Assembly: GCA_003250395.1 (NCBI GenBank)
Contig: QKGM01000004.1
Location: forward strand, 38,646 to 102,645
DNA: 64,000 nt
Direction of reading: 5' to 3'
DNA from: Bacteroidota bacterium
GTDB lineage: Bacteria; Bacteroidota; Bacteroidia; Bacteroidales; TTA-H9
Below are positions 38,981-49,910 of the stretch, piece by piece. Below the pieces are notes generated by a model. The model was given only the letters and a program-made list of their open reading frames with translations. It was not told where the DNA came from and searched no databases. Position numbers and translations under genes: made by a program. How positions within the stretch are numbered: position 1 is the first letter of the stretch; each line of letters starts with the position of its first letter.

Positions 38981-39662
38981 GCAGGACTTGATCTGAAATA
39001 CCCGCTATACAGACAGTTGCAACTGACTGCAGGCAGGTTACCAGTAACCTGTCGGGAGGCATCTTTTAGAAATCAGATATCTGTATCACCTCATTACGGA
39101 CCAGTGCCAAGGGCAATTATGTTGGTCTGTTACGTAACAGTAGTATCAATCGTTGAAGAATTTATTTACCAGGGCTATCCTGTAATCAAGTATGAAGTCT
39201 TGTATATCACCAGGATAAAGAAAAAAGACGATCAGCTGAATCGTTTGCCTTTCAGGAAAGTACAACGAGGCTAAATCGCAGAAAGGCATCGGTACTATTC
39301 CAACCAGAAAGAGGTCATATCATTACTGATCTGTTTCAATTGCCTGGCATTTCATATTATTTCAGGCTAAATATTATAAGGTTATAACTTAGAAACCTGT
39401 AAACCTATGGGTCGAAATTATGAATTTCTACGGGTTACACTCCAACAACAATAATACTTTTAGCCTGTAAAACACTGTATCGAAAAATTGTACAAATTTC
39501 AGTTATACCATCACGAACAATTGAGAGCTGTTGATAATCATTTGTTGAAAACATCAATAACAATAACATATATCTGCACCAAACCGAAACCACGAAAAAA
39601 AGAAGAAATTTAGGCGGCTTTAGCAAGAATCACCAACCCTGAAGGCAAAATAAGCGACAGGA

Positions 39663-40400
39663 TCAGCAATTGTGGACAGCTTGTACAAGACCTTTGAGTA
39701 ATCCCGGATCTTTTTCCGCAGCATTACCAACCACGATCACATCTGCACCAGCCCTGCAGGCATCAACAGCCTGCTGTTGCGTTCTGATTCCACCACCTAC
39801 AATGATTGGAACCTCCACCATCTCCTTTACAGCGCTGATAATATCAACCGAAACAGGATTGTCGGCTCCACTCCCGCCATCAAGATAAATAACCGACAAT
39901 CCGAGCATCGCACCTGCGAGTGCTGTACAGGCGGCAATCTGAGGCTTATCTGCAGGTATGGGCTGCGTATTACTCATGTATAGCGCTGTGGTTGACCTCC
40001 CGCTATCAATCAACATATAACCCGTTGATATCACTTCCAATCCACTTTTTTTGAGGTATGGTGCGGCAGTAACCTGACGGCCAATAAGCATCTCGGCATT
40101 ACGTCCTGATATGAGCGACAGGAAAAGAATAGCATCCGCGTTGGGATTAATCTGCATACTACTCCCCGGGAAAATTACAACAGGAATATTCGTTTTGCTT
40201 CGAATCACTGAAAGACACAGCTCAAGTACATCATCGGCAATCAGACTACCACCGACAAAAAAGAAATCGATACCTGCCTCAAGACCTAATTCTGATACAT
40301 GCTCGAAATAAGCAGTATCATGGCCATCAGGGTCAACCAGTAGTGCGAAGCTTTTACGTCCTGCTGCTTTATTTTCTTTAATCGCGGGGTAAATCAGCAT
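39663..40400 (-). CDS. pcrB: Geranylgeranylglyceryl/heptaprenylglyceryl phosphate synthase family protein
   Basis: 245 aa with LLVDPDG, FFFVGGSL, VIFPG and IVGGGIR motifs typical of the GGGPS/PcrB TIM-barrel family, which is known in Bacteroidota. Confidence 0.8.
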   Translation of the reverse strand: MLIYPAIKENKAAGRKSFALLVDPDGHDTAYFEHVSELGLEAGIDFFFVGGSLIADDVLELCLSVIRSKTNIPVVIFPGSSMQINPNADAILFLSLISGRNAEMLIGRQVTAAPYLKKSGLEVISTGYMLIDSGRSTTALYMSNTQPIPADKPQIAACTALAGAMLGLSVIYLDGGSGADNPVSVDIISAVKEMVEVPIIVGGGIRTQQQAVDACRAGADVIVVGNAAEKDPGLLKGLVQAVHNC

Positions 40401-40651
40401 ACCTGAATTTGAAGTTTAAGCAAAGGTAAATGATTTTTCTTAATGATATCCTGGTCTTTCGGACTATTAATATTTTCCGTCTTTTTAATCCTCCTTTACC
40501 TGATAATTCATTAGGGGAAACAGATTTCCAGTACCGCTGACAGAGGTTTAATAAACCGGCCTTTAGTTATTAAACCTTAGTCAGGCAATTTATACAAACG
40601 GTTAATGGCAAATAAACACCACTCTATCAACAAAATAAACGAAAATTGATA

Positions 40652-40900
40652 CTAAGACTTTTTGAATGGATTCCAATGATCAAATTTCCCCTGAACCATC
40701 AATCTGCGAAATCCATAACCGGCAACAAGACCAAGAAGAAGTGCGATACCACCATAAATAGGTGCGTTGCTCCCGCTAAACGAATGCCCTCCAACAGGTA
40801 TCACGTCAGAATGGCTATCTGACATCGATTGCGCTGACAAAATAATGGTATTCAGAAAGATGAAAATTGTTAGGCTGACCCGTTGTATAATAGCGCTCAT
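40652..40900 (-). CDS. 82-aa signal-peptide protein with a conserved C-terminal GG-TM-YGFRR motif (paralogue of 34883-35131)
   Basis: Same length and architecture as 34883-35131: a signal peptide (..ILSAQS), a short Ser/His-rich segment, then NAPIYGGIALLLGLVAGYGFRRLM. Confidence 0.5.
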   Translation of the reverse strand: MSAIIQRVSLTIFIFLNTIILSAQSMSDSHSDVIPVGGHSFSGSNAPIYGGIALLLGLVAGYGFRRLMVQGKFDHWNPFKKS

Positions 40901-41332
40901 TAATATTTCAGATTATGTTAATTGGTTCATCTATCAAATTAGCTGATAACTGAATTCACCGTTACCGCTATATCTTAAACCGACGAAAGGCAACACTAAG
41001 ACAACAAAGAACAAAGTTTAGGTTGTATTACCTGGTCTTACCCCGAAGTTTATTAATATTACATCAGTTTAGCAAAGACATCCCTATTGGCGAAGCGCGA
41101 AATAAGTTTTTGCCTCGCAAATTTATTCCATTCGCTGGAAAAAAAGAAATAATTCATCAAAAGACAGTTTTTTCAATCGCCAGTAAAACCTGGCTTTTTG
41201 TTTCCGCAGCCGGGGTGACAACTTTGTATCCATCTCACACAAAACACATTCAATTATATAAATCTCTCTCAATCGTGCTGAAATATGATTTGTATTCGCT
41301 ACCGGCAAATTACACTCTTCAATAAACCGTAT

Positions 41333-42295
41333 CTAAAAACAGGCTCTTGCTATCCGGCAAATGTTATCAGGATTTCCCATCGTGTAAAAATGAACCGCAG
41401 GAACACCTGCACGGATCAGCTCTTTTGTTTGATTAACTGCCCATTCAACACCAACCTGCCTTACCTCCCCGTTAGTTTTACACTGTTCCACCAGGCGGAC
41501 TAATTCATCTGGTATCTCGATGTGAAAGGTCTTTGGCAACCCTATGAGATGTGATTTGGTGGCTATCGGTTTTAATCCGGGCACAATAGGAACATTTATT
41601 CCGGCCAGCCTGCAACGGTTAACGAAATCGAAAAACTTACTATTATCGAAAAAGAGCTGTGTTACAATATAATTGGCACCGGCATCCACTTTCTCTTTAA
41701 GGTAGCGTAAATCAGATTGCAGATTCGGGGCTTCAGCATGTTTTTCAGGATAACCTGCCACACCGACGCAAAAATTTGTGGCTGTTGAATTCTGAAGCTC
41801 TTCATCGAGATAGCGTCCATGATTCAGATCAATTATCTGCCTGACAAGGTCTACTGCATGTGAATGACCATCCGGCTCGGCAATAAACTTTTTCTGCGAT
41901 CGTTCAGGGTCACCCCTGACAGCCAGCACATTATGAATTCCAAGAAAATGAAGGTCAATCAACGCGTTTTCTGTCTCTTCCCGGGTGAATCCCCCACAAA
42001 TAATATGAGGTACTACATTAACCCTGCAATTGTATTGCAGGGCTGATGCAATGCCCACCGTTCCGGGTCGTTTTCTGACAGTCTTCTTTTCGAGCAAACC
42101 ATCAGCACGATGCTTATACACTACCTCTTCCTGATGATAAGTCACATTGATGTAGGGTGGGTTAAATTCAAGCAACGGCTCTATACTCCTGTGTATCTCC
42201 TCAAAGGTTCCTCCCTTGAGTGGGGGTAATATTTCAAATGAAAACAGGGTTTCGGTAGCAGATTTGAGTATTTCGTCTATATACATTTTCTTCAT
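41333..42295 (-). CDS. metF: Methylenetetrahydrofolate reductase
   Basis: FSFEILPPLKG at the N-terminus, and LAVRGD, GVAGYPE and QLFFD motifs. It lies 34 nt downstream of metH. Confidence 0.9.
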   Translation of the reverse strand: MKKMYIDEILKSATETLFSFEILPPLKGGTFEEIHRSIEPLLEFNPPYINVTYHQEEVVYKHRADGLLEKKTVRKRPGTVGIASALQYNCRVNVVPHIICGGFTREETENALIDLHFLGIHNVLAVRGDPERSQKKFIAEPDGHSHAVDLVRQIIDLNHGRYLDEELQNSTATNFCVGVAGYPEKHAEAPNLQSDLRYLKEKVDAGANYIVTQLFFDNSKFFDFVNRCRLAGINVPIVPGLKPIATKSHLIGLPKTFHIEIPDELVRLVEQCKTNGEVRQVGVEWAVNQTKELIRAGVPAVHFYTMGNPDNICRIARACF

Positions 42296-42328
42296 GTTAG
42301 GGAATCTGTCACAGAATAAACTTAAATC

Positions 42329-45300
42329 TCAGGATTTCTTTTCCTGAGCAGTTATCATCGAGGAAGGCTCGTAATTCAGGTTTACATTCAGCCATTTCTC
42401 TGCCTGGGAAACCGGTACACCTTTTCTTAAGGCATAGTCCTCTGCCTGATCACGGCTAATCTTTCCCAGTGCAAAGTATTGTGAATGAGGATGGGCGAAA
42501 TAGAACCCGCTGACCGATGCGGCAGGATACATTGCAAAACTTTCGGTAAGGTGTATCCCGGCCTTTGCCTGTACATCCATTAATTCGAATAATTCTTTCT
42601 TTTCAGAATGATCAGGGCAGGCAGGATAGCCAGGAGCAGGCCTGATCCCCTGGTACTCTTCTTTGAGAATCTGATGAATAGTTAGGTTTTCTGCTGGAGA
42701 ATAACCCCAGTATTCGGTTCTAACCCTGAAATGAAGCAATTCGGCAAATGCTTCTGCCAACCTATCGGCCAGTATCTTGAGCATGATAGCTGAATAATCA
42801 TCATGCGAGGCTTCGAATTCGCTGATCCATGACTCTATGCCGATCCCTGCAGTGACAGCAAATCCACCAAAATAATCTTTCAGGTCTCCCTCTTTCGGAG
42901 CTATAAAATCAGCCAGACAGAGATTGGGTACACCATCAGGTTTTATCTCCTGATTTCTTAAGAAATGGAAAGTTTTTAATACTTTTTCCGAATCATCAGG
43001 AGAACAGACCTCTACACTATCACCTACACGCCTCGCGGGAAGAAGAAACCATGTTGCATTTGCTCTCAGCATCCTTTCATTAATAATTCGTTTCAGCATA
43101 ACCCCTGCTTCATCATATAGTTTTCTGGCTTCAGCACCTTTAACAGGATCACTCAGGATAGCAGGAAACCTTCCACCCAGTTTCCAGGCGTGAAAGAAAA
43201 ATGTCCAATCTATAAAACCGGCTATTTCTCCTAAATCAAAATCTGACAAACTAAAAATCCCGACTTGCTGAGGTGCTTTTATCTCAACCCCGGTTTTTGT
43301 ATCAAATAAAAACCTGTTCTGGCGCGCCAGAGTCAGTGGCAGATACTTTTCTTCATTGCCTGACTTATTATATTTTCTCCTGAGTAGCTCGTATTTTGAA
43401 CTTACCGACTCAAGCAATGCCGGATTATTGTCCACAGAAAGAAGTTGCCTCATGATGCCAACCGCCAGAGAAGCATCCCTGACATGAATTACAGGGCCTG
43501 AAGCTGCAGGTTCAATTTTTACAGCGGTATGGATTTCTGAAGTTGTAGCACCCCCGATCAGCAAAGGGACTTTTATATCCATACGCTTCATCTCTTCAGC
43601 AACATGAACCATTTCATCAAGAGAAGGAGTAATTAGTCCGCTCAAACCAATAACATCAACCTGCCGCTCTATGGCAGTCTGCAGTATCTTAGCGGCAGGA
43701 ACCATAACTCCCAGATCGATAACTTCAAAATTGTTACAACCAAGAATAACTGCAACTATATTTTTACCGATGTCGTGTACATCGCCTTTAACAGTTGCTA
43801 AAAGAATCCTTCCGGCAGTTGAAACCTGGCCTCCCTTTACCCCTTTTTCAGCTTCAATGTATGGTGTAAGACAAGAAACAGCCTTCTTCATCACACGTGC
43901 ACTTTTCACCACCTGGGGAAGAAACATCTTCCCTGCACCAAATAGCGTACCCACGATATTCATACCATCCATCAGTGGCCCTTCAATAATATTGATTGAA
44001 GCTTTATAGAATGCACGTGCTTCTTCCACATCTGTTTCGATAAATTCAGTAATACCCCTTATTAAAGCATGCTTCAGGCGTTCCTGAACAGATGTATCGC
44101 GCCATTCTTCATGCTTCACTTCACCCTTTCCTCCATCCCGGATCTGCTCGGCAAAGGCTATTAAACGTCCGGTGGCATCCCTGCGTCTGTTAAGAACTAC
44201 ATCTTCAATAAGTTTCAAGAGAACGGGATCAATGTCATCGTATACAGGAATTACTCCTGCATTAACAATTCCCATATCCAGTCCTGCCCTAATTGCATGA
44301 AATAAAAACACTGAATGGATGGCCTCCCTTATATAATCGTTACCACGAAAGCTAAAAGAGAGGTTGCTGATTCCCCCGCTCACATGCGAATGGGGCAGGT
44401 TTTCCCGGATCCAACTGACTGTCCGGATAAAATCGACAGCATAATTATTATGCTCATCCATTCCTGTAGCAATAGCTAATACATTTGGGTCAAAAATGAT
44501 ATCACTTGCAGGGAAACCTATCTCTCCGGTAAGAATCTGGTATGCCCTGGCGCAAATAGAAGTACGTCGGTCAAAGGTATCAGCCTGCCCCAATTCATCA
44601 AAGGCCATCACCACTACTGCCGCACCATAACTCCTGATTATTCGCGCACGGTTTTTAAAGACGTCCTCTCCCTCCTTTAGGCTGATTGAATTAACTATTG
44701 GCTTGCCCTGTAAGCACTTCAATCCGGCTTCAATCACACTCCATTTCGAAGAATCAATCATTACCGGTACCCTGGCAATATCTGGCTCTGCCATGAGAAG
44801 TTTCAGAAAGCGGGGCATTGCTTTTTCAGCATCTATCATTGCATCATCAAGATTGATGTCTATAATTTGTGCACCGCTTTCAACCTGCTGTCTGGCCACC
44901 GAAAGGGCTTCCTCAAAGTTTTCTTCTCTTATCAGGCGGGCAAATTTCCGGGAACCACTGACATTTGTCCTCTCACCGATATTGATAAAATTACTTCCGC
45001 GAAAAGCTGTTAACGGTTCCAGCCCACTCAGGGTTAAGTGAGGTTCAGCCCTTACCGGTTGATGTACCCGGGCATCTGCGGCCATCTTAGCAAGGTGTTT
45101 TATATGTTCAGGGGTTGTTCCGCAACATCCACCAACAATGTTTACATTTCGCTGTTGCAACAATTCGTTGATGTGGTGCCCCATCTCTACAGGCGTTTCA
45201 TCATATCCGCCAAACTGATTTGGAAGACCGGCATTGGGATAGGCGCTGATATAAAAGGGTGCCTTACGTGCCAGTTCCTCGATGTAAGGACGCATTTCAC

Positions 45301-46078
45301 CGGCTCCCAGCGCACAGTTAAATCCGATACTTAGCAATTCAAAGTGGGCCACAGAATTAAGAAATGCCTCTAACGTCTGGCCTGATAATGTTCTTCCACT
45401 GGCATCTGTAATTGTCCCGCTAATCATTACCGGAAATCGGCGAATCTCACCTGAAGCTGTGGTTAAAGTTTCCAGTCCCTTCTCCTGTAACACTTTGCCG
45501 ACTGCAAAAAGAGCAGCTTTCGCGTTCAGTGTATCAAATATCGTTTCAATTAAGAGCAGATCTGCACCACCATCAAGCAATCCGGCTACCTGAACAGCAT
45601 AAGCATCAGCCAGTTGATCAAAGCTGACTGCCCGATACCCCGGATCGTTAACATCTGGTGACATTGAGGCCGTTTTATTGGTCGGACCTATGGCTCCAGC
45701 TACAAAACGCGGTTTATCAGGATTTATAACAGTGTATTTGTCAGCAGCTACCCTGGCAATTCCTGCTGCAGCAAGATTAAGTTCATAAGCCAGAGGTTCC
45801 AGTTGATAGTCTGCCTGTGAGATAGCAGTAGCATTGAAGGTGTTGGTCTCAATTATATCTGCTCCCGCCTCCAGATAGGCTTCATGAATCAACTGTATTT
45901 CTTTGGGGTGTGTGAGGCATAACAGGTCATTATTCCCTTTCAGGTCGATGGGATGATTCTTAAATAACTCCCCTCTGAAATCAGCCTCAGTAAACCTGAG
46001 CTGCTGAATCATGGTTCCCATTGCTCCGTCAAGTACAAGTACCCGCCTGGCTATTTCATCGTAAATGGTTGGTTTCAT
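42329..46078 (-). CDS. metH: Cobalamin-dependent methionine synthase
   Basis: All modules are readable: the Hcy domain ([11 protein letters not shown]), pterin domain, B12 cap and Rossmann domain with [10 protein letters not shown] (DxHxxG), and the AdoMet activation domain. The start may be ATG 46078 (MKPTIYDEI) or ATG 46090. Confidence 0.9.
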   Translation of the reverse strand: MKPTIYDEIARRVLVLDGAMGTMIQQLRFTEADFRGELFKNHPIDLKGNNDLLCLTHPKEIQLIHEAYLEAGADIIETNTFNATAISQADYQLEPLAYELNLAAAGIARVAADKYTVINPDKPRFVAGAIGPTNKTASMSPDVNDPGYRAVSFDQLADAYAVQVAGLLDGGADLLLIETIFDTLNAKAALFAVGKVLQEKGLETLTTASGEIRRFPVMISGTITDASGRTLSGQTLEAFLNSVAHFELLSIGFNCALGAGEMRPYIEELARKAPFYISAYPNAGLPNQFGGYDETPVEMGHHINELLQQRNVNIVGGCCGTTPEHIKHLAKMAADARVHQPVRAEPHLTLSGLEPLTAFRGSNFINIGERTNVSGSRKFARLIREENFEEALSVARQQVESGAQIIDINLDDAMIDAEKAMPRFLKLLMAEPDIARVPVMIDSSKWSVIEAGLKCLQGKPIVNSISLKEGEDVFKNRARIIRSYGAAVVVMAFDELGQADTFDRRTSICARAYQILTGEIGFPASDIIFDPNVLAIATGMDEHNNYAVDFIRTVSWIRENLPHSHVSGGISNLSFSFRGNDYIREAIHSVFLFHAIRAGLDMGIVNAGVIPVYDDIDPVLLKLIEDVVLNRRRDATGRLIAFAEQIRDGGKGEVKHEEWRDTSVQERLKHALIRGITEFIETDVEEARAFYKASINIIEGPLMDGMNIVGTLFGAGKMFLPQVVKSARVMKKAVSCLTPYIEAEKGVKGGQVSTAGRILLATVKGDVHDIGKNIVAVILGCNNFEVIDLGVMVPAAKILQTAIERQVDVIGLSGLITPSLDEMVHVAEEMKRMDIKVPLLIGGATTSEIHTAVKIEPAASGPVIHVRDASLAVGIMRQLLSVDNNPALLESVSSKYELLRRKYNKSGNEEKYLPLTLARQNRFLFDTKTGVEIKAPQQVGIFSLSDFDLGEIAGFIDWTFFFHAWKLGGRFPAILSDPVKGAEARKLYDEAGVMLKRIINERMLRANATWFLLPARRVGDSVEVCSPDDSEKVLKTFHFLRNQEIKPDGVPNLCLADFIAPKEGDLKDYFGGFAVTAGIGIESWISEFEASHDDYSAIMLKILADRLAEAFAELLHFRVRTEYWGYSPAENLTIHQILKEEYQGIRPAPGYPACPDHSEKKELFELMDVQAKAGIHLTESFAMYPAASVSGFYFAHPHSQYFALGKISRDQAEDYALRKGVPVSQAEKWLNVNLNYEPSSMITAQEKKS

Positions 46079-46135
46079 TATTCTTTCCATACAATATTTA
46101 AACAATATTAATTCAAAAGATGCTATGGAAAGGCT

Positions 46136-46166
46136 AAAAAAAAATCTCCACCGAACCCGGAGGAGA
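46136..46166 (-). terminator. Intrinsic terminator forming the expression platform of the SAM-I riboswitch
   Basis: On the minus strand, tctcctccg ggtt cggtggaga (9-bp stem with one mismatch) is followed directly by nine T residues. It lies about 46-58 nt upstream of the metH start. Confidence 0.65.
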
Positions 46167-46213
46167 GATGCATCAGTGAAGGAGTACCAACGAAAGCCGG
46201 AACTATTTAATGA

Positions 46214-46308
46214 CTTATCTGTCCCTTACGGGTAGGAGTTGGCACCTTGCCGCTCGGGCAGGTTGCCAAGGTTTCGACGGGCCTAATCCCTCAACCTTTC
46301 TGGATAAG
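46214..46308 (-). promoter_or_regulatory. SAM-I (S-box) riboswitch aptamer
   Basis: The minus strand reads CUUAUCCAGAAAGGUUGAGGGAUUAGGCCCGUCGAAACCUUGGCAACC...GGUGCCAACUCC...GAUAAG. It matches the SAM-I hallmarks: P1 CUUAUC/GAUAAG, GAGGGA, GGCCC, GAAAC, GGCAACC and GGUGCNAA. Confidence 0.75.
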
Positions 46309-47023
46309 CAAATCTTTCAAAAGAACTGGTTGCAAAGATAGAACAATTCGGTTCATCCGGCAACCTGAATTATTGCAGTCAGTGACAGACAATCTCTTAT
46401 TAAGAAATCGGATAGTTGCACAAAGGCTCTGCCTGAGAAACCAATAATTAAACCTTTCGTTTTATCAGGAAAAATAATCTTAACATAAAATTTGTATTCG
46501 AAAAATTCAATAAACACAGACCAACTGGTTAAAATAACTAATGACCCATGAAGCCAGAAATAATGGGATATGAGTCAATTATTTCAAATGAACCAGGAAG
46601 TTGGCAACGATGATGAGATATAGATTTCCCTTTATCTACGTAAATAGAAAATGACTGAGCATTAAATGATACAACCCGAATTCATAATAGTCCTGCCCGG
46701 CTCAACCTGTCGGTTGCTCTATTTATACCGGTTCTGACCAATGATCCAAAGCCTGCATTTCTGTACCATCCGTATTATTCACAGTATCTCAACCTATTAG
46801 GTGCAATACATTCACAGTTCACATCGTTAAAAGTAACAACGATCGCCTTTTTTTTCTAATTTAGCGCCATAAATGTAGCAGACGGATGATATCCTTACTA
46901 TCGGTACTGGCCCTTCGTCGCTTTTTGAACATTAAACGTCGCGACGACTTTTGCTCCTGAAATTCCGTTTCCAGGCACAGTTAATTGTGCATTAATTAAT
47001 TATTCATTTAAAACGAAATTTCA

Positions 47024-48400
47024 ATGGAACTTCCATTTGCTGAATCCTACAAAATAAAAATGGTGGAGCCTGTCCGCCGCAGTACACGCGAAGAGCGTGA
47101 AATCTGGATCAAAGAAGCCAGTTATAACGTATTTAAACTACGTTCAGATCAGGTTTATATCGACCTGCTAACCGACTCAGGAACAGGAGCTATGAGCGAC
47201 CGTCAGTGGTCAGCAATGATGCTGGGAGATGAGAGTTATGCCGGTGCGACGAGTTATTTCAACCTGAAAGAGTCTATTACAACTGTTATGGGATTTCCAT
47301 ACTTCATTCCCACCCATCAGGGCCGTGCTGCTGAGAACGTACTTTTCAGCGCATTGGTCAAAGAAGGGGATGTTGTACCGGGAAACTCGCATTTTGATAC
47401 TACCAAGGGTCACATCGAATTCAGACGTGCCAAGGCTATCGACTGTACAATCGACGAAGCATTCCATACAGAATTGATTCACCCGTTTAAGGGAAATATC
47501 GACCTGAACAAACTGGAGGCTGTGCTGAAGCAATACCCGAAGGAAAAGATCCCGATGATCATCGTAACCGTTACCTGTAATTCTTCGGGAGGACAGCCTG
47601 TATCAATGCAAAACCTGCGTGAAGTGAAGGCTCTTGCAGATCGTTATGGTATCCCTGTTTGTTTCGACTCTGCTCGTTTTGCCGAGAATGCCTACTTTAT
47701 AAAGATGCGTGAAGAAGGCTATGCCGGCAAAACCATCAAAGAGATAGTTAAAGAGATGTACTCTTATGCCGATATGGCCACGATGAGTGCTAAAAAAGAC
47801 GGCATCGTCAATATGGGCGGATTTATCGCTATGAATTCAGAAGAGATATTCCGTAAAGCAACGGTGTTTAATATCATGTTTGAAGGGTATATCACCTACG
47901 GAGGAATGTCGGGACGCGATATGAACGCACTTGCTGTAGGTCTCATGGAAAGCACCGAGTTCGATTATCTCGAAACACGAATTAAACAGGTTGAATACCT
48001 GGGCAATCGCCTGATTGAATTTGGTATTCCTATACAACGTCCTGTAGGAGGCCATGCCGTTTTCATCGATGCTTCCAGGTTTTTGACCAAGGTGCCCAGA
48101 GAACAGTTCATTGCCTGGGTATTGACTATCGAACTCTACCTTGAAGCCGGTATCAGGGGCGTCGAAATCGGTACGCTCCTTGCCGACCGGGATCCTGAAA
48201 CCCGTGAAAACCGTTATCCCGCCCTCGAAATGATACGGCTGGCTATTCCACGCAGGGTGTATACAAACAATCACATGGACGTGATTGCTGTTGCTATGAA
48301 AAATGTCTGGGATCGCCGTGATCAGATTTCTACCGGATATCGCATCAGGTATGAAGCTCCGATCATGCGTCATTTCACTGTAGAAATGGAGAAAATTTAA
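47024..48400 (+). CDS. tnaA: Tryptophanase / tyrosine phenol-lyase family beta-eliminating lyase
   Basis: YIDLLTDSGTGAMSDRQWSAMMLGDESYAG, PTHQGRAAE and SAKKDG (PLP lysine region). Length is 458 aa. I cannot separate Trp from Tyr specificity by eye. Confidence 0.8.
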   Translation: MELPFAESYKIKMVEPVRRSTREEREIWIKEASYNVFKLRSDQVYIDLLTDSGTGAMSDRQWSAMMLGDESYAGATSYFNLKESITTVMGFPYFIPTHQGRAAENVLFSALVKEGDVVPGNSHFDTTKGHIEFRRAKAIDCTIDEAFHTELIHPFKGNIDLNKLEAVLKQYPKEKIPMIIVTVTCNSSGGQPVSMQNLREVKALADRYGIPVCFDSARFAENAYFIKMREEGYAGKTIKEIVKEMYSYADMATMSAKKDGIVNMGGFIAMNSEEIFRKATVFNIMFEGYITYGGMSGRDMNALAVGLMESTEFDYLETRIKQVEYLGNRLIEFGIPIQRPVGGHAVFIDASRFLTKVPREQFIAWVLTIELYLEAGIRGVEIGTLLADRDPETRENRYPALEMIRLAIPRRVYTNNHMDVIAVAMKNVWDRRDQISTGYRIRYEAPIMRHFTVEMEKI

Positions 48401-48429
48401 TACGTTCCCATCTCACCATTTTATAACAA

Positions 48430-48461
48430 AGAGTTGCCGGAAATACCGGCAACTCTTTTTA
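48430..48461 (+). terminator. Rho-independent terminator after tnaA
   Basis: agagttgccgg aaata ccggcaactct followed by tttt. Confidence 0.7.
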
Positions 48462-48599
48462 TTTCTGAATTCATTAGATATTGAAAATTGATGATGGAAA
48501 TTACGAAACGAATTGCCATCTGAGAATAATCCCCGGGAAACAGTTTCTCCCGGGGTTTTGTAAAATCCTTAGCTATTATTCTTTCTTACTGATAGGCTC

Positions 48600-49910
48600 T
48601 TACCTGATAACCAGTTTTTTCCCGGATTTAATGGTACCGTCATTAGCTTGCATCATATATATTCCCCGGGGCAGATCAAGTTTCATTGATATCTCTTCTC
48701 CTCCCCTGGTAATACGCTGAACCCATTGTTTACCAGTCATATCGGCTACCCGTATAGTAACATCACCTGTAAAGGCTCGCAGGTCAACTGTTATATTGCC
48801 ATCAGAAGGTGACGGATAAACCGAAAGTTTATTCTGTTCAGCAGATTCGCCAATCCCAACCGAGTTGTATACTTCAACTGCAATTGACTGTGACCAGTTG
48901 CCACTGCCACATTCATTCATTGCCTTTACCCTGATTGAAGCTGAGCCTGCATAATTGTTCCATATAACTGTTGCTGTGAGTCCAGTACCAGTGATACTAC
49001 CAGCTTCAGCAGGCGTAATCTCCCATAAATAAGAGACAGCCCCCGAAGCACCCGTGGTAATATATTCACTTTGGATAACAGTAAACACATCGACGCTCAG
49101 TGGCCCTGTTGGCGTAGCTGAAACAGCAGGAAGTGGATTCACAGTAACTCCAAGATTGCTTTCTGCACCATTTCCGGCACTGTTGCTCCCGTATACTGTC
49201 ACGTTGCCGGATACGGCATTCACACCAAAATTAACAGTGATGGCAGTTGTCCCTTGCCCTGAAGCGATGGTTGCTCCGGTTGGTACAGACCAGACATAAT
49301 TAGTAGCTCCTGCAATGGTGCCTACTGAATAGTTTTGGGTTGATGCTACACAAGCAACAGCAGGGCCTGAGATAGGACCAGCAGGTGCAGGAGCACTCAA
49401 TGCTTCACTAACAGTAAGTGTACTTAGGGTAACCAACCCCGGATTTCCACGGGCAAATGCGCCATAGAAAGTCACACTGCCTGTTCCGGCAGCCGGAGCT
49501 GTCCAGCTAAAGGTCCAGGAATTAGTTGTAAGCGTGGCTAGGCTATGGGTCACATACTTACCACCACCTACAAGCTGGCTGCCAGTACCTGCCGCCAGGG
49601 TTCCGAGAAGTGTCCCGGAAGCATTTTGAGGAGAAACCTCGAAACCATACTTCTTGCCATCTCCAGTTAATGAGTTTGTAGCGGTAATCTGATAGGTTTC
49701 ACCTGGAACATAACCCGATCCGGGAATGTCAGAGGTTATCCAGCCCGGGCTGGTTGAAGCAGTACCACCATGACATGAGGTACAATTGTGGCCATCCCCT
49801 GGCGATCCGGTATATCCGGCCGGTGCTCCTGTAGGGTAAAAGGATTCATATGCACTCATGGCCACTACAATCATAATTGCGGAAATAAGGAGTAAAAGTT
49901 TTTTCTTCAT
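48600..49910 (-). CDS. T9SS cargo with an N-terminal domain carrying a CxxCH motif plus PKD-like modules
   Basis: Signal peptide, YTGSPGDGHNCTSCHGG, two PKD-like Cys modules homologous to those of the 791-aa and 1614-aa proteins, and the CTD SVYPSPSDGNITVDL...GIYMMQA. The start is set to ATG 49910. Confidence 0.75.
   Translation of the reverse strand: MKKKLLLLISAIMIVVAMSAYESFYPTGAPAGYTGSPGDGHNCTSCHGGTASTSPGWITSDIPGSGYVPGETYQITATNSLTGDGKKYGFEVSPQNASGTLLGTLAAGTGSQLVGGGKYVTHSLATLTTNSWTFSWTAPAAGTGSVTFYGAFARGNPGLVTLSTLTVSEALSAPAPAGPISGPAVACVASTQNYSVGTIAGATNYVWSVPTGATIASGQGTTAITVNFGVNAVSGNVTVYGSNSAGNGAESNLGVTVNPLPAVSATPTGPLSVDVFTVIQSEYITTGASGAVSYLWEITPAEAGSITGTGLTATVIWNNYAGSASIRVKAMNECGSGNWSQSIAVEVYNSVGIGESAEQNKLSVYPSPSDGNITVDLRAFTGDVTIRVADMTGKQWVQRITRGGEEISMKLDLPRGIYMMQANDGTIKSGKKLVIR

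Noticed and set aside
38667-39079. Inverted repeat flanking module copy B, analogous to the 13/16 IR around copy A
   Set aside because: The best candidates are an 8-mer (tctgattt / aaatcaga) and a poly-T/poly-A pair. Both are within chance expectation for this AT-rich sequence.
38951-39274. 107-aa ORF in the 1.95-kb gap as a protein gene (likewise 39435..39626 in the same gap and 4031..4216 in the 3384-4554 gap around copy A)
   Set aside because: There are no family motifs and the composition is odd. The 38951 ATG lies inside the conserved non-coding module. There is no similarity between the ORFs next to the two module copies.
41179-41199. Orphan plus-strand terminator-like hairpin (gccag taaaac ctggc ttttt) downstream of metF
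   Set aside because: The stem is only 5 bp and there is no plus-strand gene or promoter upstream. It is too weak to call.
46106-46330. Expected a cobalamin riboswitch upstream of B12-dependent metH
   Set aside because: The leader matches SAM-I hallmarks (CUUAUC...GAGGGA...GGCCC...GGCAACC...GGUGCCAA...GAUAAG). I could not find a B12-box-like element.
46247-46447. 66-aa plus-strand ORF from the track
   Set aside because: It lies antisense over the SAM-I aptamer and has no coding features. It is treated as a chance ORF.
46886-46960. 24-codon upstream ORF (MISLLSVLALRRFLNIKRRDDFCS) as a TnaC-like leader peptide for tryptophanase
   Set aside because: It contains no Trp codon and lacks the conserved TnaC features, so there is no support beyond position.
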